Source of the DNA: Ignavibacteriota bacterium
GTDB lineage: Bacteria > Bacteroidota > Ignavibacteria > UBA10030 > UBA6906
Direction of reading: 5' to 3'
Length of the DNA: 64,000 nucleotides
Assembly (NCBI GenBank): GCA_016218065.1
Contig: JACRFA010000003.1
Coordinates: 10,090 to 74,089, forward strand
Below, piece after piece: positions 25,319-34,502 of the stretch. The position numbers were made by a program, and so were the translations under genes. Numbering within the stretch: the first letter of the stretch is position 1; every line of letters starts with the position of its first letter. The notes under the pieces were generated by a model. That model was given only the letters and a program-made list of their open reading frames with translations, was not told where the DNA came from and did no database searches.

Positions 25319-28300
25319 ATGGTTCAAAGAATTTTCCGACTCGTCGCCGTAAGCATCTTACTTACGCTGGATTTGAGCGCCCAAACCCGGCAAATCATAT
25401 TCGACTCCTTTGGCATTGAGCATGGATTATCGGAAGGCATCGTCCTTTCGGTTGTGCAGGATCGGCGAGGATTTTTGTGGTTCGCTACCGCCGATGGACT
25501 GAATCGTTTTGACGGATATTCATTCACGACATTTCGTACGAGTGCCCGCGACTCGTTCACCATCTCATCGAACTATGTCAACACGGTGTATGAAGATCGC
25601 AACGGGAATCTCTGGATTGGCTCGACCGGAGGTCTTGATGTTTTTGATCCGAAGACTGAACGATTTCATCGATACAATTTTTCTCCCCTCAAGAGTCCCA
25701 AGGGAAATTCGTTTTCCGTGATTCCCATATTTGAAGATTCCGATGGCGCAATTTGGATCGGAATTCTTGGAGGAGGTTTGACGAAATTGGTTCTTGGAAC
25801 GGAACACACATTCCCTCCGGAAATTGATCGCATCGAATCCTTTACGTACAAACCCGAAGACCCAATGAGTATCAGCAATAATCAAGTCTCTTCAATCGGC
25901 GAAGATGACAAGGGAAATCTTTGGGTTGGAACGTGGGAGGGTGGACTGAACATGTTGAACCGGACATCGAAGGCGTTCATGCATTTCCGTCACGAGAAAA
26001 ATAATTTAAACAGCCTCAGTCATGATTTCGTGCGCGTTGTGTATGCCGATGTCCATGGTGCGCTGTGGGTCGGAACGGAAGGAGGAGGACTCGACCGAAT
26101 TGCGAATCGCAAAGAAACCGGCAGACCAACGTTCACTCACTATCGGAATGAACAGAAAAAAGAGGGAACCCTTTCACACAATGTTGTCCGCGCGATTCAT
26201 GAGGACAAGCACGGGAATCTCTGGATAGGAACAGATGGCGGCGGAATTGATCTGTATGATCGCTCAAAGGATTCATTTGTCAATTTCCGGCGCGACGCGG
26301 CTTCCGCCGCAAGCATCGCCAGCAATCGCGTTGTCAGCATTTACGAAGATCCTTCGGGGTCGCTCTGGTTCGGGACGTGGGGGAATGGCGTCAGCCGGTT
26401 TTCTCCTGCGGCGGCCAAGTTCCGCAATGACGAAAATTTCGATGCCATGCTCACGCGGCTTACAAGCAGGTTCATACTTGCGCTCTACGAAGACTCACGC
26501 CATCGACTCTGGATTGGAACTCATGGAGGCGGGTTGAACATGTACGACGCAGCAACAAACAGCGTAACGCAGTACGTTCATGAACTGAAGAATCAACGAA
26601 GTCTGATCAACAATGTCGTTTGGAGCATCACGGAGGACAAGCGCGGCGACATTTGGATGACAACCGATCAGGGAGTTGAGCGGCTCTCGGTGCGTGATGG
26701 AACATTCTCTCACTTCCAACACAACCCCATAGACAGCAGCAGTCTGAGCGACAACTTTGTGAGCCGTATTCTTGCCGACCGTTCCGGCTTGATCTGGATT
26801 CTTGCACCGAATGCAGTAAACAAACTTGACCCTTCAACAGGAAGAGTTACTCGCTATCCGTTGATGACTTCCGACGGCGATTTACTCCCGAGCAACACCG
26901 TAAGCGCGTTGTATGAAGATCGCGCAGGCGAGTTGTGGCTCGGCATCGGCGGGCTTGCGCGTTTCGACATGGAAACCAGACGGATGATTCACTACAAACA
27001 CTCGTCAAGCGATTCACAAAGCATGAACGTTACGGTGAGCAGCATACTGCAAGACCGAAACGGTGCAATGTGGGTCTCGACATTTGGCTCCGGCGTGTAT
27101 TCGTATGATACAACGGGTGGGCAATCCGCACATTACTCCGAGAAGGAGGGTTTACCCAACGATGTTGTGTACGGGATACTCGAAGATGCGCGCGGCTTCC
27201 TGTGGATGAGCACCAACCGCGGGTTATCGAAATTTGATCCGGTTGCGAAGACATTTAAGAACTATGATGTTCACGACGGCTTGCAAAGCAACGAGTTTAA
27301 CCGCGGCGCTTACCTTGCGCTGAGCGATGGTCGGATGATGTTTGGAGGCATTAACGGAATCAATCGCTTCTTCCCCGACAGCATCCGCGACAACACACAC
27401 ATTCCGCCGGTTGTGCTCACGTCCTTCAAGAAGTTTGATGAAGTTGTGCAATTCGATTCCGCGATCTCAGCCATTCGGGCAATTGTTCTGAACTACAAAG
27501 AGAATTTCTTCTCGTTTGAATTTGCCTCGCTCGATTACGCAGAGCCGTCCAAGAACCTCTACATGTATATGCTTGATGGATTGGAACAATCGTGGTCGAA
27601 ACCGGGCACACGCAGAAGCGCGCGCTATACGAACGTCGATCCTGGCGAGTACGTCTTTCGTGTCCGCGGTTCAAACAACGATGGCACGTGGAATACCGAA
27701 GGGATCGCTGTGCGCGTCACGATCACGCCTCCGTTTTGGAGAACGTGGTGGTTTAGCGCTGCATCTGTTTTTGCCATTGCGGGAGTCTTTGGCGGTTCGA
27801 TACGCTACATTTCAACGCGTAAATTGAAAAGGCAATTGGAGGAACTGGAGCGCGAGCGCGCATTGCAACAGGAACGCGAACGCATATCGCGCGATTTGCA
27901 CGATCATGTTGGCGCTCAGCTTGTTAATATCATTTCCGGGTTGGATTTGGTAGGAAAGTATTCTCCGCCAACCGAGACGCGGGCGCAGCGTCTGCTTCAA
28001 TCACTGCAGCACGACGCGCGATCCAGCATTCTCCAACTTCGCGAAACTATCTGGGCAATCAAGACAAAAGCCATGACACTCGATGCGTTTGCCCAGCAGG
28101 TCGAAAACTATTCGCGCAAACAAATGGAATTCCAAACGGATGTTCAGCTTCATTTTGAATCGGACAGGTCCGTGTCGGTTGAATTGACGCCGGTTCAAGT
28201 GCTGAATTGCTTTCGCATAATCCAGGAAGCGTTGACGAATTGCGCCAAGCATGCCAATGCAGAAAATATTTGGGTGAAGCTTCGATGGGTGGAGAGCGGG

Positions 28301-28486
28301 AAACTTGTCGTGATTGTAAAGGATGATGGTGTTGGAGTGCATAAAACCGCGAATGAAGATCGCGTAGGCAATGGCCTTCTCAATATGAAACGACGAGCCG
28401 ACGAACTTGGCGGCACATTGCATTGGGAACCCACAGTCGGCACGGGAATGATCCTCAAGGTTGAGATTCCGATCGCAAAACCATAA
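25319..28486 (+). CDS. Sensor histidine kinase, paralogue of 13186-16311 (Reg_prop repeats, Y_Y_Y, TM, HisKA_3, HATPase_c)
   Basis: Same architecture as the first kinase. Contains GFLWFATADGLNRFDG and similar repeats, YMYMLDGLEQSW...YTNVDPGEYVF, ERERISRDLHDHVGAQL and NCAKHA...DDGVG...GNGLLNM. Confidence 0.9.
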   Translation: MVQRIFRLVAVSILLTLDLSAQTRQIIFDSFGIEHGLSEGIVLSVVQDRRGFLWFATADGLNRFDGYSFTTFRTSARDSFTISSNYVNTVYEDRNGNLWIGSTGGLDVFDPKTERFHRYNFSPLKSPKGNSFSVIPIFEDSDGAIWIGILGGGLTKLVLGTEHTFPPEIDRIESFTYKPEDPMSISNNQVSSIGEDDKGNLWVGTWEGGLNMLNRTSKAFMHFRHEKNNLNSLSHDFVRVVYADVHGALWVGTEGGGLDRIANRKETGRPTFTHYRNEQKKEGTLSHNVVRAIHEDKHGNLWIGTDGGGIDLYDRSKDSFVNFRRDAASAASIASNRVVSIYEDPSGSLWFGTWGNGVSRFSPAAAKFRNDENFDAMLTRLTSRFILALYEDSRHRLWIGTHGGGLNMYDAATNSVTQYVHELKNQRSLINNVVWSITEDKRGDIWMTTDQGVERLSVRDGTFSHFQHNPIDSSSLSDNFVSRILADRSGLIWILAPNAVNKLDPSTGRVTRYPLMTSDGDLLPSNTVSALYEDRAGELWLGIGGLARFDMETRRMIHYKHSSSDSQSMNVTVSSILQDRNGAMWVSTFGSGVYSYDTTGGQSAHYSEKEGLPNDVVYGILEDARGFLWMSTNRGLSKFDPVAKTFKNYDVHDGLQSNEFNRGAYLALSDGRMMFGGINGINRFFPDSIRDNTHIPPVVLTSFKKFDEVVQFDSAISAIRAIVLNYKENFFSFEFASLDYAEPSKNLYMYMLDGLEQSWSKPGTRRSARYTNVDPGEYVFRVRGSNNDGTWNTEGIAVRVTITPPFWRTWWFSAASVFAIAGVFGGSIRYISTRKLKRQLEELERERALQQERERISRDLHDHVGAQLVNIISGLDLVGKYSPPTETRAQRLLQSLQHDARSSILQLRETIWAIKTKAMTLDAFAQQVENYSRKQMEFQTDVQLHFESDRSVSVELTPVQVLNCFRIIQEALTNCAKHANAENIWVKLRWVESGKLVVIVKDDGVGVHKTANEDRVGNGLLNMKRRADELGGTLHWEPTVGTGMILKVEIPIAKP

Positions 28487-28530
28487 TACCTCCTTTGGGG
28501 TATTGTGAACTACACGGCATTCCGTACTTT
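28487..28530 (+). promoter_or_regulatory. 7-2-7 box directly abutting a putative promoter (site s2), upstream of the regulator gene
   Basis: TACCTCC-TT-TGGGGTA (28487-28502) begins 1 nt after the kinase stop codon. It is followed by TTGTGA (28503-28508), a 16-nt spacer and TACTTT (28525-28530). The ATG lies at 28537. Confidence 0.55.
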
Positions 28531-28536
28531 CTTACT

Positions 28537-29220
28537 ATGACACCAATCAAAGTTGCCTGCGTCGAAGACAATACCTCGCTGCGAAAACGGTTCGAAGAAC
28601 AATTTGAATTCTTCGATGACATTCAGCTTGTTGCGACATTTGCAACGGGCGAGGCCGCGCTCAATGCGCTCCGAAAATCCGCTCCGAGCAAACTTCCGGA
28701 TATTGTTCTGATGGATATCGAACTGCCCGGCATGTCGGGCATCGACACAACCATTGCAATCAAAGAACTGTTTCCGGACATCGATGTCATGATGTTTACT
28801 GTTTTTGAGGATGAACTAAAAATCTTTCACGCCATTCAGGCCGGCGCCGCGGGCTATCTGCTGAAAGATGATCCGATTGAAGATGTTGCGCAAGCAATTC
28901 GCGAACTCCACGCCGGCGGCGCGCCGATGTCGCAATCAATCGCGCGTACGGTTCTGTCATTTCTGCGGACAAGGAATAACATGTCCGGAAAGGATTCGTT
29001 GATCGGGTCGGTTCACGAACCCGTTGAGTTCGACCTTTCGGTTCGTGAACTTGAATTGCTGCAAGGATTGGTGCAGGGAGAAACGTATCAGACTCTTGCA
29101 AAGAAACTCTTCATCTCCCCGCACACCGTAAAGACGCATATCAAAAACATCTACAAGAAACTTCACGTTCACTCGCGGGCGCTTGCTGTTCGTGTTGCGT
29201 TGGATAGAGGCTTGGTGTAG
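28537..29220 (+). CDS. NarL/LuxR-family response regulator, paralogue of 16382-17077
   Basis: MTPIKVACVEDN...VLMDIELPGMSG...FTVFED...GYLLKD, with C-terminal LSVRELELLQGLVQGETYQTLAKKLFISPHTVKTHIKNIYKKLHV. Confidence 0.9.
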   Translation: MTPIKVACVEDNTSLRKRFEEQFEFFDDIQLVATFATGEAALNALRKSAPSKLPDIVLMDIELPGMSGIDTTIAIKELFPDIDVMMFTVFEDELKIFHAIQAGAAGYLLKDDPIEDVAQAIRELHAGGAPMSQSIARTVLSFLRTRNNMSGKDSLIGSVHEPVEFDLSVRELELLQGLVQGETYQTLAKKLFISPHTVKTHIKNIYKKLHVHSRALAVRVALDRGLV

Positions 29221-29250
29221 CAGTTCCAAAATTATTTCGGTCACATTCAA

Positions 29251-29297
29251 ATCCTGTTCTCACATTCAATAACGTGAGAACAGGATTTTTTGTTTTT
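29251..29297 (+). terminator. Rho-independent terminator
   Basis: ATCCTGTTCTCAC (29251-29263), a 10-nt loop, GTGAGAACAGGAT (29274-29286), then TTTTTTGTTTTT. Confidence 0.8.
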
Positions 29298-29313
29298 GTG
29301 AGTGATGCTAAAT

Positions 29314-29357
29314 TACCCCCAATGGGGTATTGAGCGGACTTTCGGTAATCCTATTTT
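29314..29357 (+). promoter_or_regulatory. 7-2-7 box directly abutting a putative promoter (site s3), upstream of the cargo gene
   Basis: TACCCCC-AA-TGGGGTA (29314-29329), then TTGAGC (29330-29335), a 16-nt spacer, then TATTTT (29352-29357). The box ends 82 nt before the ATG at 29411. Confidence 0.6.
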
Positions 29358-29410
29358 GAGACAAGACAATTCGAATTCACATTTCTCCAACACCAAAACA
29401 GAGGTTACCC

Positions 29411-30676
29411 ATGAAGAGAACACTTACCGCACTGACACTGAGCGCTATGCTTGTTATACAATCGTCCGCCCAATGGGTGGCAACAAACGGGCCGTTCGGT
29501 GGAGCTGTCCGCAAACTTGCTGTCATTGGAACAAATCTCTTCGCTGCAACGGACAACGTCGGCGTTTCTCTCTCGACCAACAATGGCACAAGTTGGACAG
29601 TGGTCAACACAGGTCTGCCGGCGAATCCTCTTGTCCATACTCTTGTGGCCAGTGGTACGAATCTCTTCGCATCGGTTTCAGCACGCGGGGTGTATCACTC
29701 CACCGACAGTGGCACAAGTTGGACTGCAATCAATAACGGCTTGACGAACACGAATGTGATGGCTCTCGCGGTAAGCGGCACGAATCTCTTTGTTGCAACT
29801 ATGGGCGGCGTTTTTCGTTCGACCGACAACGGCGCAAACTGGACATTGGGCAGCACTGACTTAACAGGCACAAGTGTTCCGTCACTTGCCATCAGCGGCT
29901 CGAATGTCTTTGCAGGAACGGATGGACGCGGCGTCTTTCTCTCGACCAACAACGGCGTTAACTGGGCAGCGGCAAACAACGGCTTTCCTTCTCCGGCAAC
30001 CACAACTGTGCATTCGCTTCTCGCGAGCGCCGAAAATGTTTTTGCAGGATATCACCGCGGCGTTGTTCTATCAACTAACAATGCCTCAACCTGGGCAGCG
30101 ACGAACACCGGCTTTCCGAATGCAACCATAAACGTCATGTCTCTTGTCGCCAGTGGTGGAAATCTCTTCGCTGCAACATCAGGCAGTGGCGTTTTTCGAT
30201 CAACCAACAACGGCGCAAGTTGGGCAACGTTCAACACCGGGTTGTTGAACACTACGGTGATGTCTCTTGCCGTTGTCGGTACGGAACTCTTCGCCGGAAC
30301 GTTTGGCAGCGGAGTGTGGAGACAAGCCATTCCGACCGGTGTAAAAGAAGTGAGTGGAACGAATCCTGAAACATTTTCGCTCGAACAAAACTATCCGAAT
30401 CCGTTTAACCCAAGTACAAGAATCAAATTCCGGATAGGAGATGTCGGAGGTCAGAGGCCCACACTGAGCGTAGCCGAAGGGTCGGAAGTCAGTCGCGTGA
30501 TGTTGAAGGTGTACGATGTATTGGGACGCGAAGTCGCGACGCTGGTGGATGAAGAATTGGAGGCGGGAAGCTACGAAGTGAATTTCGATGCACGCGATCT
30601 CGCGAGCGGCGTATATTTCTACCGAATGACCGTACACGGTTTTGCAGACACCAGAAGGCTTTTGCTTCTGCGCTAA
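29411..30676 (+). CDS. T9SS cargo, Asp-box/BNR-like beta-propeller (~420 aa), counterpart of 17191-18462
   Basis: Signal peptide ending SSAQW. About 47-aa repeats of the form G.NLFA.T...GVF.STNNG.SW...N.G. (STNNGTSW, STDSGTSW, STDNGANW, STNNGVNW, STNNASTW, STNNGASW). T9SS CTD present. Confidence 0.85.
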   Translation: MKRTLTALTLSAMLVIQSSAQWVATNGPFGGAVRKLAVIGTNLFAATDNVGVSLSTNNGTSWTVVNTGLPANPLVHTLVASGTNLFASVSARGVYHSTDSGTSWTAINNGLTNTNVMALAVSGTNLFVATMGGVFRSTDNGANWTLGSTDLTGTSVPSLAISGSNVFAGTDGRGVFLSTNNGVNWAAANNGFPSPATTTVHSLLASAENVFAGYHRGVVLSTNNASTWAATNTGFPNATINVMSLVASGGNLFAATSGSGVFRSTNNGASWATFNTGLLNTTVMSLAVVGTELFAGTFGSGVWRQAIPTGVKEVSGTNPETFSLEQNYPNPFNPSTRIKFRIGDVGGQRPTLSVAEGSEVSRVMLKVYDVLGREVATLVDEELEAGSYEVNFDARDLASGVYFYRMTVHGFADTRRLLLLR

Positions 30677-30857
30677 CTCGGGAAGACGACTTGTTTGCAG
30701 TTACATTTGCGGACGGAAGCGGTGGTGAAGTTTCTCAAGAAGTGAGGGACGCAAAAGCGGATAAGTGGAGAGATGCATTGGTGAGCATCTGGAGAATCGG
30801 TATGCTGATCGCGATGGATTTCGTTCACGCGCTTTTGTACATTGTTGAGAGCCGATA

Positions 30858-31256
30858 GTGGCCAAACATTGGAACTCGACGATGAAAGAACCTCTCAGAT
30901 ATTTAGCAAACGCAAAAGAGACTTTAGGCAAGTCAGCTATCGAGGATGGTAGATACGCCGACGACAAGTATGTGAAGTCAGCATGCGGGATCGCCTACCT
31001 GGGTGTGCTGAAAGCGATTGATCAGTTTCTGCTCAAGAAAGGAGTCGGAACTAAGACGCTTCCCAGGAAAGTGGAGGAGTACGAAAAGGCTCTACGCAAA
31101 TACGCAGCGCAGCACAATGGCAAGTTGCTGAAAGCATTCGGCGATATCTATGAGGAACTCCATATTGCCGGTTACTATCGAGGCAATCTTCACAGAGTGG
31201 ACGTGGTGAAGGCAGCCCTTCGCGGAGCGGAAGAGTTCATCAAGAAACTGAATTAA
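30858..31256 (+). CDS. Small helical protein resembling the DUF5618 family
   Basis: KEPLRYLANAKETLGKSAIEDGRYADDKYVKSACGIAYLGVLKAID...LHIAGYYRGNL matches my memory of DUF5618 proteins. This was not verified by a search. The GTG at 30858 is the ORF-track start; ATG 30882 (MKEPLRY) is an equally plausible start. Confidence 0.55.
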   Translation: MAKHWNSTMKEPLRYLANAKETLGKSAIEDGRYADDKYVKSACGIAYLGVLKAIDQFLLKKGVGTKTLPRKVEEYEKALRKYAAQHNGKLLKAFGDIYEELHIAGYYRGNLHRVDVVKAALRGAEEFIKKLN

Positions 31257-31338
31257 TGTCCCCCCTACACTATAAGCTGCAGGTAAGAGAATTCCACTTA
31301 GACAAAACGAATGCTCTTGTTGCTATACGTCGTCAAGA

Positions 31339-31503
31339 TTGAGCCACAGATTTTACAGATTGTACCGATTGATTTCTCCACCTGTCTGAGGCAATCTGTG
31401 TAATCTGTGGTTATCAAACCCTGAGTGAGTTGAGCCACAGATTTCACAGATTACACTGATTGATTTCCTATCTGAGTCAATCTGTGTAATCTGTGGCTAT
31501 CAA
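31339..31503. repeat. Two tandem ~91-bp hairpin units made of 9-nt CACAGATTN periodic arms
   Basis: Unit 1 spans 31339-31417 and unit 2 spans 31430-31503. Each reads TTGAGCCACAGATTT[T/C]ACAGATT...GATTTC...CAATCTGTGTAATCTGTGG[T/C]TATCAA. The left and right arms are imperfect inverted repeats. The array abuts the MCP stop codon (31500-31502). Confidence 0.7.
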
Positions 31504-33269
31504 TAACCCTGAACGAGGCTTCCTTCAGTTCCCACTGCAATCTCTGATGTCGGTTGATGGCGGCGAGCGACATGCTGATGCTGCGGAGCGCGCACTCCGC
31601 CATGATTCATCAAATTGAATCTGGATACAAGGCTTTGGAGGTTCTCGGTCAGTTTGTTCAGGTCCTCTGCTGACCGCGCGATCTGCTGCACGCCTGAAGC
31701 AGTCTGAGCTGTTACGCTGCGGATTCCTTCGACGTTCATCGAAATTTCTCCGCTTGCGCTGGATTGCTCCTCACTGGCAGCCGCGATTTGTGCGACCATG
31801 TCGGTCACTTGCTGCGAGATGTCCACAATCTCATTGAGCGATGCACCGGCCTTGTCTGCGCGTTCAATGCCTTCTTGCGCCTGATGTTGCCCTTTCTCCA
31901 TTGAACTGACTGCCTCGCTCGTATCCGTTTGGATCTTCTTGATCATCTGGGCGATTTCCTTTGTTGCGTGCGATGTGCGTTCGGCCAGTCTTCTCACTTC
32001 ATCGGCAACAACCGCAAACCCGCGCCCCTGTTCGCCGGCTCGAGCGGCTTCGATTGCGGCGTTGAGTGCAAGCAGGTTGGTTTGATCTGCAATATCGTTG
32101 ATGACGCCGATGATCTGGCCAATCTGCTCGCTGGATTTTCCGAGCTGTGAAACGGTGCGCGCAGATTGCTGTACTGCTTCGGCGATCTGCTTCATGCCGG
32201 TGATCGTGTCGGTGACGACGCTGCCTCCGCGCAATGCAGCTTCGCGCGCTCGCTTTGCCGTCTCTGCCGCTTCGACCGCGTTTTGCGAGTTCTCGGCGAT
32301 CGTCTTCGTCATCTCTTCGACGGCGCTTGCGACTTCGTCCGACTGACTGGATTGCTCGTTGGTGCCGGCCGCCATTTGCTCGGTGCTTGAGCTGATCTCG
32401 GCCGTTGCGCTCGCGACTGCTCCCGATGCCTCAGTCACATGCAGCAGTGTTTCGCGAATCGATCTGACAAACGCATCAAACGAGCGCTGGAGGTCGCCGA
32501 TCTCATCCTTGCGCATTGTGTCGAACTGCGAATTCAAGTCGGCGTTTGCGATATTGGTGACAACAGCTTCGATTGGTTTGCGAATGGACGATGCAAAGAA
32601 CAACATTACAACAACCACGCCGGCGATGACAAGCGTCGCGGCGATTGCAAGAATTATCGAGTCGCGCTCGATAATTCCTTCGGTGCGGGCTTCCGTCTCC
32701 CCATTGAACTTGTTCACCAGCACCACGAGTTGATCAATGGCTTGCCGATGGTCTTCATAGAGTTGTTTCATCTCGCCTGTAAGAAGCTGGCGCGCTCTCT
32801 CTCTATTTTGCGCGCGCAATGCCGAAAGAAACACTCCATCGCGCAGCTCGATGAACTTGACGGCAGGATCATAAGCCGCTGACAAGAGCAAGTCCTTCAT
32901 CGCGCCGCTCGGCAGCTCGCTCTCCCAGTAATCGTGTCTGTCGTAAAACTCCTTCCGAAGGGAATTCGCTTTCACGACGAGTGACTCCAACTTCTGCGGA
33001 TTCGTCTCGTCAAGCATCTGATATGTCACGAGATATGTCTCGACCAGGTATTCAGGGGGCGGGAGAATATCCGCCACCAAATCTTTTCCGCGAACGACTT
33101 CGGCATACATGGGACCATTCACCTGAACATTGGTCAGAAGGGAATAGAAGAATATGCCAATGCCTATCAGGCCAAACGCGATCAGGCCCGCCAGCAGGGC
33201 AAACTTTTTCGAAAGTTTGATATTGTTGAGAAAGGCTGTCACTGCAGAACTCCAGATTGTTAAACTCAC
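31500..33269 (-). CDS. Methyl-accepting chemotaxis protein (N-terminal TM, helical sensor domain, TM, HAMP, MA signalling domain)
   Basis: Contains the highly conserved signalling hairpin [37 protein letters not shown], two TM segments and a HAMP-like IRKPIEAV region. Confidence 0.9.
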   Translation of the reverse strand: MSLTIWSSAVTAFLNNIKLSKKFALLAGLIAFGLIGIGIFFYSLLTNVQVNGPMYAEVVRGKDLVADILPPPEYLVETYLVTYQMLDETNPQKLESLVVKANSLRKEFYDRHDYWESELPSGAMKDLLLSAAYDPAVKFIELRDGVFLSALRAQNRERARQLLTGEMKQLYEDHRQAIDQLVVLVNKFNGETEARTEGIIERDSIILAIAATLVIAGVVVVMLFFASSIRKPIEAVVTNIANADLNSQFDTMRKDEIGDLQRSFDAFVRSIRETLLHVTEASGAVASATAEISSSTEQMAAGTNEQSSQSDEVASAVEEMTKTIAENSQNAVEAAETAKRAREAALRGGSVVTDTITGMKQIAEAVQQSARTVSQLGKSSEQIGQIIGVINDIADQTNLLALNAAIEAARAGEQGRGFAVVADEVRRLAERTSHATKEIAQMIKKIQTDTSEAVSSMEKGQHQAQEGIERADKAGASLNEIVDISQQVTDMVAQIAAASEEQSSASGEISMNVEGIRSVTAQTASGVQQIARSAEDLNKLTENLQSLVSRFNLMNHGGVRAPQHQHVARRHQPTSEIAVGTEGSLVQGY

Positions 33270-33325
33270 TATGAATGCAAAACCCCAAACTGCACCACGC
33301 GCCCCATCCCCCCCATAAGAAATGG

Positions 33326-33990
33326 TTAAGACTCTATCACCACCCCCGCTAGAAGTGTTGATTGCGATGCGGCGAATTGTTGCTGCCCGAGATCAAACAC
33401 ACTCTGATTTGAAAAATCATGACGAAGTTCCAAACGTGTCAGCACAAAGGCCAGAGGCCGCATCTCCACCGTCAGAGTTCCTTCACCGAGCCGCTGCGCA
33501 ACGCCGCTTGACCATCCATCACGATCATGAAATTCCTCAAAGCGAACTGCTACTGCGATATCCGATGTAACACTGTATCTGCCCATCACCGAGACTCCGT
33601 CCCACACAGCAAGGGCATCTCCGGATCTCTCATATCCGTAATCATAGTTGAGGTTGACGTACAACTGCTCCGTGATTTGCCAGTTGGCAATGAATCGACA
33701 GAACCGCTCACCTGCATCCACGGCAAAGCCTCCGCTACAGTTGGTGCGCCTCCGTCAGTGTGTTGTTGACCGTCGTCTTGCGGAGGCTTGGCGTCATTGG
33801 GTGCGAAAGTGGAATCCTCTTCGTCGGCGCTTGCTATGGTGTTAGTGAAAACGTCTTCCGAAGACGTCGGTGCAGTTAGGATTTGCTCGGATGTTGCGGT
33901 GGGAGCTTTCTCTGCTGGGTATGCGCGCATCTGAAACATCAGAAGTGCGGCGGATATGGCTATGCCGGTAGATCGTGCAACGCAGTTCAT
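33326..33990 (-). pseudogene. Frameshifted and possibly truncated outer-membrane beta-barrel (OmpL/Porin_10-like C-terminus)
   Basis: ORF 33586-33990 encodes a signal peptide (MNCVARSTGIAISAALLMFQ) and an acidic linker. ORF 33326-33721 is in another frame and encodes alternating-pattern strands ending ELRHDFSNQSVF...[11 protein letters not shown]. The two frames overlap around 33722-33757, consistent with a single-nt indel. The combined length of about 220 aa is short for this porin type. Confidence 0.45.
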
Positions 33991-34502
33991 GGGAGATCCC
34001 GTTGTTCAATCAGAATATTGTCGACCTACCATCCTCAACGCAAACGCGATGCCAGTTATGTTGTCCACACTAGAGGGGCGAAAGCCAATTCAGTTCACGG
34101 TAAAGTATTGATCAAGGTAGAGAAGTGACCACGTGCTCAATATTGCGCAGTCTCCGACCGGTCGTCGGTGATATGAAATGCGCATTGCTTTGCTTAATCG
34201 CGAGCTCGCGATGATAGCGCGACGATGGAGTGTAATGCGTGACTGGTCTCATCGATTCTGATTCACTTCTTGATTCTCGAATGTCATTGCCGTATCATTG
34301 TACTGCAAAAGCCGTTCTCTGATAGCGTGAGTTGATGATGTATGTGTGGTAGCGGCTTTCCTCCTTTCAGTCTTGTCTCCCCCGCCCGCTTTTCCAATCC
34401 ATCAGATTCTCTTTCTTTCAAAAAGGTAATCGAGCTATAGTGTTCGGACGTTGAACGTTCTTTGTCCAACGAACTTTCATCATTTTATCATTCGGAGTTC
34501 TT

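Noticed and set aside
31339-31503. Possible CRISPR array
   Set aside because: There are only two units. The repeats are long imperfect hairpins with no spacer-like unique segments of regular length, and no cas genes are present.
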